The notes below the pieces were generated by a model, which made no database searches, was not told the DNA's origin, and saw nothing but the letters and a program-made list of their open reading frames with translations. A program made the position numbers and the translations under genes. 64,000 nucleotides of DNA from contig NIVC01001145.1 in assembly GCA_002269645.1 (NCBI GenBank), positions 186,001 to 250,000 of the forward strand. The letters are read 5' to 3'. Origin of the DNA: Macrostomum lignano. Its lineage: Eukaryota. This document shows positions 63,521-64,000 of the stretch, piece after piece (the first letter of the stretch is position 1; every line of letters begins with the position of its first letter).

Positions 63521-64000
63521 GTGGTGTGGATCGATAAAGGTCGTAAGTAGCTCGTATGAGTGAAAAGAAACTGCAAAAGTGTCCAGTAGGAAAGGATGCT
63601 AGCAAAGTGTTTGGATGAACCACGCCCATTTTAAAAGTTCACAGCAAATTTCCAGTTAAGCTCAATATCGTTTATTTAGTGCAAACACTACAGTGCATTA
63701 GAGAATGCACGAATGTACACCTAGCTGAGTACACATCTCACTACTGAAGCGCCCCGCCCAACTGCTCAAACTCAACACCGGGAATTAGGTGGGGCACAGA
63801 GTGGATGAGTCTATGAAATCCCGGTTACTAAGGCAGTTGCTGAGCAGATATGGATGCGGTGTGGAGGTCATGGAGCGCTGTCCGATCAATGAATGCGTCC
63901 CCGGTTTACTTAATGGGGAAATGAGCTTTTGTCATTAATGTTTTAGTTGCCACGCCGCGAAGGTGAGCAGGTGGGCGTTTTGGGATGGAAAAGATCGATA

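Overview
This is eukaryotic (invertebrate metazoan) genomic DNA; no prokaryotic system, CRISPR array or rRNA is present. The intronic minisatellite load resembles that of the flatworm Macrostomum, but that is an inference, not an identification. I assembled four spliced genes by hand with consistent intron phases. They are a Tbx2/3-like T-box factor with a C-terminal eh1 motif (minus strand, 6 coding exons, about 392 aa), SETD3 actin-histidine methyltransferase (plus, 6 exons, about 466 aa), an SRSF3/7-family RRM plus zinc-knuckle protein (plus, 2 coding exons, about 338 aa), and a villin/advillin-like gene with headpiece (minus, 15 exons, about 806 aa visible, first exon outside the window). 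There are also two orphan terminal exons: one unknown at 617-768 and one Sulfotransfer_4-like at 30915-31286. Mobile elements are a decayed RTE-like LINE, two tRNA-derived SINEs with target-site duplications (TSDs), and several non-autonomous DNA transposons with terminal inverted repeats (TIRs), two of them hosting nested insertions. Roughly 40% of the window (about 26 kb by hand count) is tandem repeat in about 35 different arrays. Most long ORFs in the supplied track are repeat artefacts. The strongest pattern is that all 16 introns over 400 nt carry a tandem array, almost always with a different unit, while all 9 introns under 400 nt carry none. Many repeat units contain small hairpins or a GAATC core. 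The SR-gene intron holds a candidate poison exon and an AG|GT recursive-splice-like site.
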